Source of the DNA: Heteronotia binoei
Taxonomy: Eukaryota
Assembly: GCF_032191835.1 (NCBI RefSeq)
Contig: NC_083229.1
Span: 75,454,001 to 75,518,000, forward strand
Direction: 5' to 3'
DNA length: 64,000 bases
Shown here: positions 21,701 to 32,800 of the stretch, piece after piece
How the letters are laid out: each line of letters begins with the position of its first letter
Position numbering within the stretch: the first letter of the stretch is position 1
Notes under the pieces: generated by a model
What the model was told of the DNA's origin: nothing
What the model saw: the letters and a program-made list of their open reading frames with translations, nothing else
The model's database searches: none
Program-made: the position numbers and the translations under genes

Positions 21701-24700
21701 GAAAGTTCTTCAGCTATTATTTCCAGTTTCTCTAACTTGTTAAATTAAGAGACTAGCAACAGTTTTTAAACAAATTACTATTGTGTCAAAATATTGATAG
21801 TTTCTGCCAGATATTAGTAACTTATCGTTACTAGAAGAAGTGGAGAAAAAGCTATGATTTGCTAAACAAAACTTTTTTGAATTCACCAATAAACCTGGAA
21901 GATGGTTGGTGAACAGACTGAGAAAAGAAGGTGCGAAAAGAGTAATAATGGTCTTGAGAGATGAAAATAATAAAGAGAAATTTCAAAGACAAGAGATAGG
22001 GCAAATTGTGGAGCGATTTTATAAGAAGCTGTATGAGTCTAAGCAACTCAGTGAAGAGGAGTTGATAGAATATCTCAAAAAGAATAACCTGAATAAATTT
22101 ACTGAAGAGCAACGGAAAATTTTGAATGAACCAGTGACAATAAGAGAATTAGGAGAAGCCATAATGAATCAAAAGAATGCTAAATCACCTGGACCAGATG
22201 GTCTCTCTGCAGAGTTCTATAAAGCATTTGAAGATTGTTTATTAATACCATTTAAACAATTGATAGAAGTGATCCAAAAAGAAGCGGAAATTTCAAAATC
22301 ATGGCAAGAAGCAGTAATATCCTTAATTCCAAAAGAGGGTGTGGACTTGAAAGACATAAGAAATTTCAGACCAATTTCATTGTTGAATGTGATTACAAAA
22401 TTTTTGCAATTTTTGCTCAATGTTTGAAAAAGTATTATCAATGGTTATACATCAAGACCAGGCAGGATTTCTTCCCAGAAGATATTTGAAAGATATTGTG
22501 AGAACAATATGTAACCTAATTGAATATTATGAAACACATCCAGAGAAGTAGGCCGTATTAATAACCTTGGATGCAGAGAAGACCTTTGATAATATTCGCT
22601 GGCAATTTATGATACAACAGTTGAAGGGAAGGGAATGTGGTGAGGACTTTTTGAAGGTAGTACAATCAATTTACTCTGTTCAAACAGCCAAGGTGAGAGT
22701 TAATGGCGAATTATCAGAAGCAATCCCCATACAAAAAGGAACTCGACAAGGCTGTCCATTATCTCCGCTACTATTTATTTTGACTTTGGAGATATTGAAT
22801 AATCAGATTAGAGAAGATTCAAATATTAAGAGGGCCTCAATTAAAGGTGAACAATTTAAATTGAGGGCATTTGCGGATGATCTGGTTTTTATATTGGAAC
22901 AACCAGTGGATTCAATCGGCCACTTGATGGATAAAATTGAACAATTTGGTGTCTGGGCAGGCCTGAAGATAAATTATAATAAAACAAAAGTTTTGGCCAA
23001 AAATATGACAACAGAACCAATTCAGTACTTTCAGCAAAAGTCAGCTTTTTTGCATGAGAAAAAAGTGAAATACTTGGGTATCAACATCCATGTAGTAATT
23101 TAATAAATGCAGTGATTTAAAGATGGACAATTATGACAAACAACTTATAGAGATTAAAAAAGACTTGGAAAAATGGCAATATTTGAATATATCATTGATG
23201 GGAAGAATAGCCTCCATAAAAATCAATATTCTACCAAGACTGTTATTTTTATTCCAGACTATACCGGTGTTTCTGACTAATGCCTTCTTTCAAGAGGTGA
23301 ATAAATTGATTTCGGGATTCATATGGAAAAAGAAAACCAAGAATCAAATTAAAACAATCCAAGACACTGAAACAAGAGCAGGTTTGGCTTTGCCAGATTG
23401 GCAACTGTATTACAAAGCTTCAGTGCTATCCTGGGTAAGAGATTGGGCACTTCTAAGTGACAGAAGACAATTATTGTTAGACTAACAATAATTACTAACA
23501 ATTATTGTTAGACCTTAATATGGGTTGGCATGCTTACCTTTGGTATCAAAGATTAGAAGGTCACTCATATTTTAAAAAATCACTAGTTCAGGAAATCCTT
23601 ATACCAGGTTTGGTCACGGCTGAAACCCAAAATTTATCAGAAAATCCCGAAATGGGTCTCTCCAGTTGAAACTTTTACTTCACCAAATCTTATAAAATCA
23701 AACCAGCTATTTAAATATGAAGATCTGTTGAAAAAGGATAACGGTTTGAAATCAAAAGAAGAATTGAAAGATATTGGTATTAAAATGAGTTGGTGGATGA
23801 GACTGCAAACAGAATCCAGATATGCCAAAGATAAAATAATGGGTTTTAATAAAGAATACTATGCATTTGACAAAATATGTTTGGGTCCTCAAGAGCAACT
23901 AATTTCGAAGATATATTCTTACTTACTACAAATGAGAATGCAAGATGAGATTGTGAAGGACTGTATGGTCCAGTGGGCTAAATATCTGGGCCGTAGTATT
24001 ATGTTAGATAAATGGGAAGTGTTATGGAAATCTAATATTAAAATGACTAGATTGGTAGCCTATAAAGAAAATTTGTACAAAATGTTCTATAGGCGGTATG
24101 TAACCTCTCAGAAACTTGCAAAGATGTATCCTAATATGTTTAATAAGTGTTGGAAATGTGAAAAGCAGGTGGGGTCATTTTTCCATATGTGGTGGATATA
24201 TGATGTGGTGAAAGACTTTTGGAAGATGGCCCATGAGTTATTACAAAAATTTTTGAAGACACAGATTCATTTCAAACCAGAACATTTTTTATTGAACATT
24301 TTGCCGAACACATATACAAAGGAGATGAGACACTTAATTGTCCATTTAACACAGCAGCTAGAATTCTTCTGGCACAGAAATGGAAGCTTCAGGACATTCC
24401 CTCCAGATCTGATCCGATGAGCAAAATTCTGGAGGCGGCGGAAGCAGATTATTTATCTCAGCTGTTGGTGGGGAAGTCAAAGGACGATGCAAGGAAATGT
24501 TGGGAGAAGCTATGTCTGGCTAGACATGTAAGACTCTGTGGTGTAAACTCACATTTTTATTATATATCCAAAGATACCTAATCTATATAGAGAGGAAATA
24601 CTTTGTATTTGGAAAGATATTTCTAGATTTGATTTACAATCGGATAAGATTTTTTTTCTTTAACAGATTATGAAAATAAGCAAAAATTGTTATTATTACT

Positions 24701-24834
24701 TTTTAAAGAAGATTTAAGTTCATGCAGAAAGTACTATAAGTGTAATTTGGAATGTTTTTTTTTTACTTTTATTTTCTAATTCCCTTTCACCTGTTTTCCC
24801 CTTATTCTGAAAACTAATAAAACTTTTAAACCCT
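18744..24834 (+). mobile_element. L1 with 5' end but no recognisable ORF1 or endonuclease; degraded ORF2 (linker-RT-C-terminus) at ~21830-24560
   Basis: Perfect 16-bp TSD AAAAAAAAGCCTTGTG (18728-18743, 24835-24850) at a TTT/AAAA site. Starts GGACTTCCGG. RT motifs KSPGPDGL, RPISLLN, DAEK, GTRQGCPLSP, FADD, YLG across frameshifted ORFs. AATAAA near 24816. Confidence 0.85.
20272..21700 (+). mobile_element. 5'-truncated L1 nested inside the 18744-24834 L1
   Basis: 18-bp TSD GAAAGTTCTTCAGCTATT (20254-20271, 21701-21718). ORF2 C-terminus with CWKC...HMWWTC knuckle (20727-21515). AATAAA near 21683. Confidence 0.9.
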
Positions 24835-26030
24835 AAAAAAAAGCCTTGTGAAGTTAGTCACAAAATCTTTTTGTGTGTCATTTTTGTGTGTGAGGAGGTT
24901 AGACTTCTGTATATGGTCCTGTTACCTAACAATGTCCAACTTTTACACACTGGGAATCCTGGCAATATGGGAACACCCTTACAAACTGAGAGATTCCATC
25001 ATTTTTAGCTGCTTTTATGGTCTGAAAACTGTTTTATAGATATTGTTTGAGACTAAATGTTCTTTTTTGATGGTTTTATGTTTCTGATTTGTTTTTATGG
25101 CTTGTTTTAATATTAGTAAGTCTTGTGTTGCACCTTGTATAATTTTATTGAATTGTTGTACTTTGTGAGCTGTCTGGACTAGATTCTAGAGAGGTAGCAT
25201 ATACATTTTCTAATTAATTAAATACATAATATACATCTGTACCCAGTGTTGGTTCCTCATTTCCAGTCCATGTTTTCCCTTTCTACTTGACATAGATTTC
25301 ACATTCAGAGCCAATATATACATGCATAGATTGCTTCAAAGAGCCACAAAGATTTGGCATAAGGAGTAGTGGTAACCGCAAGCATATGTCTAAATCTCTA
25401 AACATGGAAAGCTATATGCATTCTGTGACTGTCTGTCCAAGACTTCAGTTGTTATGAGTGAGAATCATGTGCCTGCAGCCCTCAGCGTAGCGGCTGGGCT
25501 GCAGAGGCACGAGTTTGCCTCCCCGGACGGGGAGAGACAAAGGGCGCCCATTTAGGCGCACAGGCTGGAGGGCGAGGTCTGGCTGATTGACAGGCAGACC
25601 TGCGCTCCTCTCAGTCTGCATCGGGCGCGGCTTCGGCAGACGTCTTTTGGAGGCTTCCCTGGCTTCGGGCTTTCCTGCTTTGAAGGATCGGTCGGCAGCG
25701 GATCGGAGGTGCAGGCGGTGTTGCAGGACACGTCGGGGGAAGCCTCGGCTATTGTCGGGGTTTCTCCGCTCTGGCTGAGTCTTCCCAGGAGTTTGGAGGA
25801 TGGTGGTCCAGCTTGGGCTCCTGGGATCGTGGTTTGTGCGGGGGCTGATGGTCAGGGCGGTGTTTCACGTCCCTGGGGGGTGAATTGATCTGAGCAGCAT
25901 TGGGTTATCCCCTTTTGCTCTTGGGTTTGTTTTTTATTGCTCCCTGGTATCCTGGCTTAACTGGGGATAGTTGGGGGGTTGGATTGCAACCCTTGAGGCA
26001 GCCCCTTAGGGGGTTTTCTTCAAGGTCCTC

Positions 26031-26156
26031 CGTGGTGCAGAGTGCTAGGGCTGCAGTACAGCAGTCCTAAGCTCTGCTCACAACCTGAGTTCGATTCCTG
26101 GCGGAAGCTGAGTTTTTTAGGTAGCCAGCTCGAGGTTGACTCAGCCTTCCATTCTT
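26031..26156 (+). mobile_element. tRNA-derived (Sauria-like) SINE 5' portion within the 5' UTR of copy 2
   Basis: A-box-like GTGGTGCAGAGTG, B-box-like GAGTTCGATTCC, then GAGGTTGACTCAGCCTTCCAT, recalled as the Sauria SINE core. Confidence 0.65.
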
Positions 26157-26541
26157 TTGTCTGGTTGGGGGGCTGGTTTGTGACCTTTGAGGCAGACCCT
26201 TCAGGGTGTGGCCTGGGGGTATGGTTAGAGCCTGGTGGGTGGACATTGTGTATATTTTCTGCCCGGTAATAGGGCGGGCAGCCATCTTGGGTCCATTTAA
26301 TTGAGGGGGCGGCGGCGGCCATTTTAGGCAGCATTTTGCCCGGCAACAGGTCTGTCAGCCATCTTGGGCTTATTCAACAGTGGGGGTGGTGGCGGCCATT
26401 TTAGGTTTCAGTTTTGCCCAGTAACAGGGCTGTTGGCCATTTTAGGCTCCAATTTGCCTGGTAACAAGGCATCGGCCATTTTGGGGCTCATACATCAGAA
26501 GGGTTGATGTAGAGTTCTTTAAGAGTTTTTGTGTTGTTATC

Positions 26542-27913
26542 ATGGCTGGTGGTAAGGGGTCTGGGAAGGCTAAGGGCAAGAAGCCAGCGCCCAAGACACC
26601 TAGGGCACTGCCTAAGAGACCTCCTCCTCCTACATTTTCGTCTGATGAGGAGGGTGATGGGGTGGTGGAGGCTAACATTATGAGCAGACTGAGGGCGCTT
26701 GAGCAAGCGTCAGGTCTGCCTTGTCCTGGGGGGCTAAACGGTCCTGAGACATCCAGAAGGGGTCGCCAAGCCAACATTTTAACTAGGCTTTCTTTCCTTG
26801 AGGGCAGGTCTGCTGGTGCATCTATGGATGCTGGGTCCACTGGGGTGAATTCGGCAGCGGCTGCTGGAGCGTTTGGTCTGGGGATGGCGGTTGTTCCTTC
26901 TGGATGGGCTGGTAAGTTGGCCAGAAATTTACAGGTGGGTAGTGGTCAGGTTTGGCCATGGAGTCCTTGTGGCCCCACCTTATTGGCTGGACAAGGGTGC
27001 CCCTCGTCTAGTTCAGGCATGCCTTCTGCCTCTGGGTTTGGGTCCCCTGTTACCTGGCCTGGGTTTAGTGGGCAAGGGGGGCCTTGCGGGGCTTGTGTGT
27101 GTGCTGGTCAATTGGGTATGGCTAGCCCCTTCATCGGGGCACCTTTCCTTTATGGAATGGTGCCTTTTGCTTCTTTGCCCTTTGTTGCTCTACCATTGGG
27201 TGACCACCTGCTCCCCGCAATGCATGAGAAAATATTAAAAGGGGAGTATGTTAATATATTTTCCTTGCTCTTTAGGGAATTGGAAAAAAATATAAGGAGG
27301 ATTTAGATGAAAAAGAGAAGGAAAAATTTAAAAGTGTAAGGTGGACAGAATCTGGGCCAATTGGCTTCCAAGGTTCTGTATATATGCAGGGGTGGTCGTC
27401 CGGGCGCAGCCTTGGAGGGCTGCGGCCCTTTTTCAGTATTTGGATATTATATATAAGGGCTATATGGCCTTTAGTGGCCCGGTGTGGCTACAGTATGACC
27501 AAGAGTTTCGGATGAGGGCTGCCCTTTATCTGTCTCTTCCGTGGAACAGGATCCACCAGCAGCTTTGGCTGCAGGTTATGTCCCCTGCCAGGCCTAATCT
27601 GGGTGACTGCTCCGACAGCGGCCATTTGGTAAATAGGTCCTCCTCTGCTGTGTCGGCTTCGTCAGGCTCTCCCCGCAGTGCTGCGGGGCAGGCGGTTCAA
27701 CTCCGCTTGCTCTGCTGGGAGTTCGGTTCCCTCGGGGTTTGAAATAGGAAAGCGTCCCAGTTTAGGCACCAATGCCCATTGTGCGGGGGATTGCATTCCT
27801 TTGACAGCTGCTCCAGAGCCAGGGGATGTAAGAACCCGAAAAAGCCTGGGGGAGCTAGAGGAGCCTTTCCAGCTAATATAGGGCTCCAGCCCGATAAGGG
27901 TGGGGCCTCTTGA
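26542..27913 (+). pseudogene. ORF1/Gag of copy 2, frameshifted (26542-27306, 27341-27742, then Zn-finger tail)
   Basis: MAGGKGSGKAKGKK start, LPLGDHLL...ILKGEYVNIFSLLFRELEK, WLQYDQEFRMRAA, LCWEF. All are homologous to copy 1. Confidence 0.85.
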
Positions 27914-29486
27914 ACAGTGGCTGGCAGAGTATCCCAGAAGAGCCGATAGTTTGTATTTGTTGGGTGGTTTTAGGTTTGGTTTTAGGATCCCATTTCATGG
28001 GCCTAGAGTTCCGTTTCTTTCAGGTAACCTTAAGTCTGTGCTGGGTTTAGAGTACGTGGTTAGAGATAAAATTGCTAAGGAGCTAGGTGAAGGAAGGGTG
28101 TTGGGTCCCTTTTCATGTCCTCCAGTGAGTACTCTTAGAGTCTCTCCTCTGGGGGTGGTACCCAAGAAGACGCCTGGTGAATTTCGTTTGATTCACCACT
28201 TTTCTTTTCTGAAAGGAGCATCTGTGAATGATGGGATCCCCGAACACTTATGCTTGGTTAGGTATACCAGCTTTGACCAGGCCATTGCTGTGGTACGGCG
28301 TTGTGGGGTTGGGGCTGAAATGGCGAAATGCGACATTAAGTCAGCCTTTCGCCTTTTGCCTGTTCGCTCTGCTGATTTTGAGCTCTTGGGGTTTCGTTTT
28401 GAAGGGCAATTTTACAAGGACAGAGCATTGCCAATGGGCTGCTCTGTATCATGTTCGGCTTTTGAATGTTTCAGCAGATTTTTAGAAAGGGCTGTGCGGG
28501 TGAAAGTGGGTTTGCAGGACGTCGTTCATTATCTGGACAACTACATCTTTGTGTGTCCTTTAGGATCAGGGCGTTGTGCTCAGCTGCTGTCTGGCTTTGT
28601 TGAGCTAGCTGAGGAGCTGGGGGTTCCGCTAGCACCTGAGAAGACTGAGGGACCAACCCAGAGGTTGACCTTTTTGGGGATTGAGATCGACACTATTGCA
28701 CAGTTGTCGAGGGTGCCCCTTCAGAAAATAGTTGAGCTAAGGGCTAGGATTTCTACCTTTCTTCTTAAGAGGAAAGTTACGTTGCTGGAGTTGCAGCAGC
28801 TGATTGGGCACCTCAACTTTGCTTGCAAGGTGGTTGCTCCTGATAGGGCTTTTCTTAGAAGGCTGTGCGATGCTATGGCAGGATTATGCCTGCCTCAGCA
28901 TAGAACTAGGGTTACACGCAGCATGAGGGTTGATTTGGAGGTTTGGCAGGAATTTTTGGAGTCCTTTAATGGAGTCTCTTTTTGGAGGGACGATTTGGGG
29001 CTTGAAGCTGAGCTCCAGGTCATGTCTGATGCTGCGGGATCGTTAGGTTTTGGGGTCTACTTTCGTGGACATTGGTGTACGGATAGTTGGCCTGACTCTT
29101 GGGCGATGATGGGTGTGAACCGAGATCTTACATTTCTTGAGTTCTTTCCTATTTTAGTTGCGGTTTGGCTGTGGGGGAAGGATATGGCCAATCACACGGT
29201 GCATTTTTGGTGTGATAATATGGCGGTTGTCCACATCATTAATTCCCTTACATCCAAATCCAGGAGGGTTATGCGGTTGGTGAGGGCCTTCACTCTGCGC
29301 TGTTTGCAGCTTAACATTTTGTTTTTAGCCAGGCATGTTCCGGGTGTGAGTAACGGGGTGGCTGATGCTCTATCTCGTAAACAGATGGAGAGGTTTTGTC
29401 AGCTGGCCCCGGAGGCCGACAGAGAGCCGGTTGCAATGCCCCAGGAGCTATGGCTGATTGGAGAGCCGATGTGTGCAGAGCGATAG
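27900..29486 (+). CDS. Reverse transcriptase + RNase H of copy 2 (uninterrupted frame; YLDD reads YLDN)
   Basis: 528-codon open frame with GFRIPF, SPLGVVPKK, KCDIKSAFR, LPMG, HYLDN, SDA, CDN, ADALSR. Confidence 0.9.
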   Translation: MGPLEQWLAEYPRRADSLYLLGGFRFGFRIPFHGPRVPFLSGNLKSVLGLEYVVRDKIAKELGEGRVLGPFSCPPVSTLRVSPLGVVPKKTPGEFRLIHHFSFLKGASVNDGIPEHLCLVRYTSFDQAIAVVRRCGVGAEMAKCDIKSAFRLLPVRSADFELLGFRFEGQFYKDRALPMGCSVSCSAFECFSRFLERAVRVKVGLQDVVHYLDNYIFVCPLGSGRCAQLLSGFVELAEELGVPLAPEKTEGPTQRLTFLGIEIDTIAQLSRVPLQKIVELRARISTFLLKRKVTLLELQQLIGHLNFACKVVAPDRAFLRRLCDAMAGLCLPQHRTRVTRSMRVDLEVWQEFLESFNGVSFWRDDLGLEAELQVMSDAAGSLGFGVYFRGHWCTDSWPDSWAMMGVNRDLTFLEFFPILVAVWLWGKDMANHTVHFWCDNMAVVHIINSLTSKSRRVMRLVRAFTLRCLQLNILFLARHVPGVSNGVADALSRKQMERFCQLAPEADREPVAMPQELWLIGEPMCAER

Positions 29487-29632
29487 GTCTAGCCATAGCA
29501 CTCGGAAGTCTTATGAATGGGCTGTGCGGCAGTTTGAGGACTTTCGGGCAGCCTTCCACCTCTATTCAGAGGTTGGGGCGTTGGCATTCATCGGCCTATA
29601 AGGCCTATGTGCGGCCTTTGCTTAGGCCGTGA
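29396..29632 (+). pseudogene. Tyrosine recombinase remnant: N-terminal ~30 codons joined to the C-terminal GRWHSSAYKAYVRP; ~730 bp core deleted near 29548
   Basis: WRADVCRAIGLAIA / TRKSYEWAVRQFEDFR aligns with aa 38-69 of copy 1 YR, then jumps to QPSTSIQRLGRW, which aligns with aa ~313-324. Confidence 0.85.
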
Positions 29633-29692
29633 ATGAGTTGGGTTTCGGGGAATGTTCTGTTTGGTTGGTGTTTAACTGTTTTTTCTTTTTAG

Positions 29693-30305
29693 ATGCTGTT
29701 ATTCCTGGCCAGAAGAGCCGGAGCCGAGTTCTCATCTGCGACCATAGCCACGTGTTTGGGGCCGCTCTGCACGCACGGAGAACTGTGGTGGGCTCTCAGC
29801 TGGGACTCAGCTAGCATGCTGTTATTGAGTGGCAGGGGTGCCGTGGCCTTCAGTGGTCAGGCCTGCTGCCTTTACTGTTTCGTGATAGAGTGGGTCCTCC
29901 TCCTCAGGTCTTAATAGTTCACCTGGGAGGTAATGATCTGGAGTTACTGAAGGGCAAGGCCTTAGTTTGGCAGGCCCGTGATGATTTTTTGCACATTCGG
30001 GAGCGATGGCCGGGGACCATCATAGTGTGGTCAGCTATGCTGCCCCGCCTGGTATGGCATTGTGCTTTGGACCCTGCCGCGGTAGAAAGGGCCAGGTACA
30101 GGGCTAATTAGGAGCTTTAAAAAAAAAGCTGCTCGAGAAAGGGTTGGGCCACTATTTGCCCCATCCGGATATTTTGGTAAAATGTCCTGGCCTCTACAGA
30201 GGGGATGGGGTCCATCTCTCGGAAAAGGGTAATATGCTTTTCCTGAGAGATTTGCAGCAAGGGTTGCGGGTGGCTTTGGGCCTCCCAGTGGGCGCTAAGC
30301 CCTAA
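29693..30305 (+). pseudogene. SGNH hydrolase of copy 2 (stops at 29812 and 30109, frameshift in the A-run ~30118-30127)
   Basis: VLICDHS, LIVHLGGNDL, WSAMLPR, DGVHLS, and C-terminus LGLPVGAKP* versus LGLPVGPSA* in copy 1. Preceded by a polypyrimidine tract and TAG ending at 29692. Confidence 0.85.
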
Positions 30306-32039
30306 GTAGAGACTTGGCCTTAGTAGTGGCATGTTTTTGGGGTTTAGGGCGCTATGCAGCCAGGGGAGGACTGTGAAGCATCCCCCTTTTGGGGAATTTG
30401 GGGTCTGGCATGATCAATCCTGGGGTTTGAAGACCCGGGTGGAGATTGCAGACTGCTGGGAGACTTGGCTAGAGGGTACTTTCTGGCGAGACGTGCGTTT
30501 GGGTTTGGGCCCTCTGGTGTGGGCCTCCCTGCTGGGCCTGCTCAGAGGGAGCTGAGGCGCTTTGCTCTGGCCGGGGGGCTGGGTCTCTCGCCCGTTATGG
30601 CAGGGGACCGGTCGCGGTGACCCCTAGCCCTGGCCAGGCTGCTGGTGGGGTACCCTTGCTGTTTGTGAGGTTAATTAATAAAGTGGCCCAATTTTATTCC
30701 AATCACTTGGTGTCTGTCTCATTATTTCGTCCTTGGGGGGGCAAATTAGCTGGAAAGAAATATTAAGGTGGCTGCTGATAGAACCGAGGAATATGGACAC
30801 TTCTTCTGCCATCCCCCATTCCCATTTACAGAACCAGTCACATTAAAGCTAGACCAGATGCCAGAGAGAGGATGGCCTTGATTGTATGTGGCTTGTGTTG
30901 GGTATCAAGAACAATTTTGGGATCCTGCTGGTATATTGTCTGCTTAGTTTACCAGCAGGATCTCTGGTTAAGCTGATGGAAGTGGTGCTGAGAACCCCAA
31001 GGATTATGGTCCTTGGGGATTTCAGCATGTATGCTGAGGCTGCTTTGTCAGATCAGACTCAGGACTTCAGGGCCACTGTGTCAACCATGGGTCTTTCTCA
31101 AATTGTAATGGGCTTACAGCATGAAAAAGGCCATATGCTGGACCTTCTTTTCTGAACTGAATGACTTGCCATGATCTGGTTAAGGAGATTGAAATTTGGT
31201 CCTTATAATCAGAATACAGTCTTTTGAATGCATGGTTGAGCTTACTGCCTTCTCCCTAAAGGAACAGTAGACCAATTCAGATGATCCATTATCAGAGATT
31301 AATGGACTCTGTTGGTTTCCAAGTGGCTATGGGGATTTTGAGAGCACCTCTGGTAATTCTGTGGATGCCATTGTAGTTAGGTGGAAGCATAGGTTCATAG
31401 AGGCTATAAAATAGAGTTGCTTCTTGAGGTCCTCTTCCACATTCTGTGAGGCCCTCAGCTCCTTGGTTTACCAGGGAGCTGGGTGACATGAAGCAGAGTG
31501 GAAGAGGACTAGAGTGACATTGGACAAAGACTGTGGATGAATTAGACTATGTCATAAAAGGTATTTAAAGGCCCATGAGTGGTGATAACAGCAGAGAGAG
31601 AGACTTTCTTCTCTGTTGCCATTGTGTCAGCTGAATCTTGTCCAGCTCAATTGTTTAAAATGGTTTGTGACTTGATACCACCATACTGGTGGTGAAAAAT
31701 TCCTCCCCCCAGCTGTGATGTTTTTGCAAAGTTCCTTGCTGGATTGTTTCAGATTGTTTCTGGCTATGAATGCTGATAGGGTTTTTGGGAGTGTGAGGGC
31801 CATCATGTGTCCTCTGAACCCATGACCATAGTGATGTTTAAAATCTTGCCAGAAAAAGGTATTGGAGCCATTGGTGAAAATCATCAACTCCTCCCTGATA
31901 GAAGGGCCTCTCCCTAGGCCTTTGAAGAAGGCAATTATTAGACCTCCGCTTTAAACGCCCCCCCCACACACACACACCTTTATCTACTAGAGATAAGTTG
32001 GCTAATTACAGGCCAGTCTCCAATTTACCTTTTCTAAAG

Positions 32040-32718
32040 AAAAGGTAAATTGGTGTTATGGTAGAACAGGTGACAGAATGGAAGTTTCTGGGAATTACCA
32101 TGAAACAGGATCTAACATGGGGGGCAAATACTTTAGCTCTAGAGAAAAAGGCCCAGCAACGACTATACTACTTAAGACTCTTAAGATCACTACAACTGTC
32201 AGGAAGTCTGCTGGTTGCCTTTTATCGTAGTTCCATTGAGAGCATTTTATCTTATTGCCTCTGCGTGTGGTTTGGGAGCTGCACGGAAGCAGAGAGAAGG
32301 GTGCTCCAAAGAGTGACGAGAAGAGCACAAAAGATTTGTGGATGTTCTCTCCCCTCATTGGTGGATCTGTATAATATGGGATGTAAAAGGAAGATACAAA
32401 TGATCCTAAGGGACCCTTCACATCTGGGCCATTTGCTATTTGAGATCTTACCGTCAGGTAGACGATATAGAGTGTTGAAGGCTAGGACAAACAGATTTAA
32501 GGACAGTTTCTATCCAAGTGCTGTGGTTAGGTTAAATGCAGGGTTATGAAGGATTATCTGTTTTAGATGTATTTAAATGGTTTAAATGGTTTTAATGGTT
32601 TAAATGGTTTTAGATGTATTTTAAATGGTTTATGAATATGTGTGTTTGATGTGTTGGTATGTTTGTGGAAGAGCACCTCATTTCGTTGCTCTCTTTTTGT
32701 TGAGAACAATGACAATAA

Positions 32719-32799
<81 letters not shown>

Positions 32800-32800
32800 A
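32040..32800 (+). mobile_element. 5'-truncated Rex1/Babar-type LINE with a (CTAT)n tail
   Basis: Intact ORF 32058-32549 KFLGI...KAQQRLYYLRLL...FYRSSIESILSYCLCVWFG...LPSGRRYR...TNRFKDSFYP matches the Rex-Babar C-terminus pattern. AATAAA then (CTAT)n. Splits the L2 motif LPFL|KMIE. Confidence 0.8.
32721..32798. repeat. (CTAT)n microsatellite, ~19 units (LINE tail)
   Basis: Directly visible in the sequence. Confidence 0.95.

Larger units (their letters stand above)
25469..30744 (+). mobile_element. Tyrosine-recombinase retrotransposon (DIRS order, Ngaro-like), copy 2, from a different subfamily, YR core deleted
   Basis: Same gene order and terminal motifs as copy 1. Proteins are clearly homologous but divergent. 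The 5' boundary is approximate. Confidence 0.9.
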
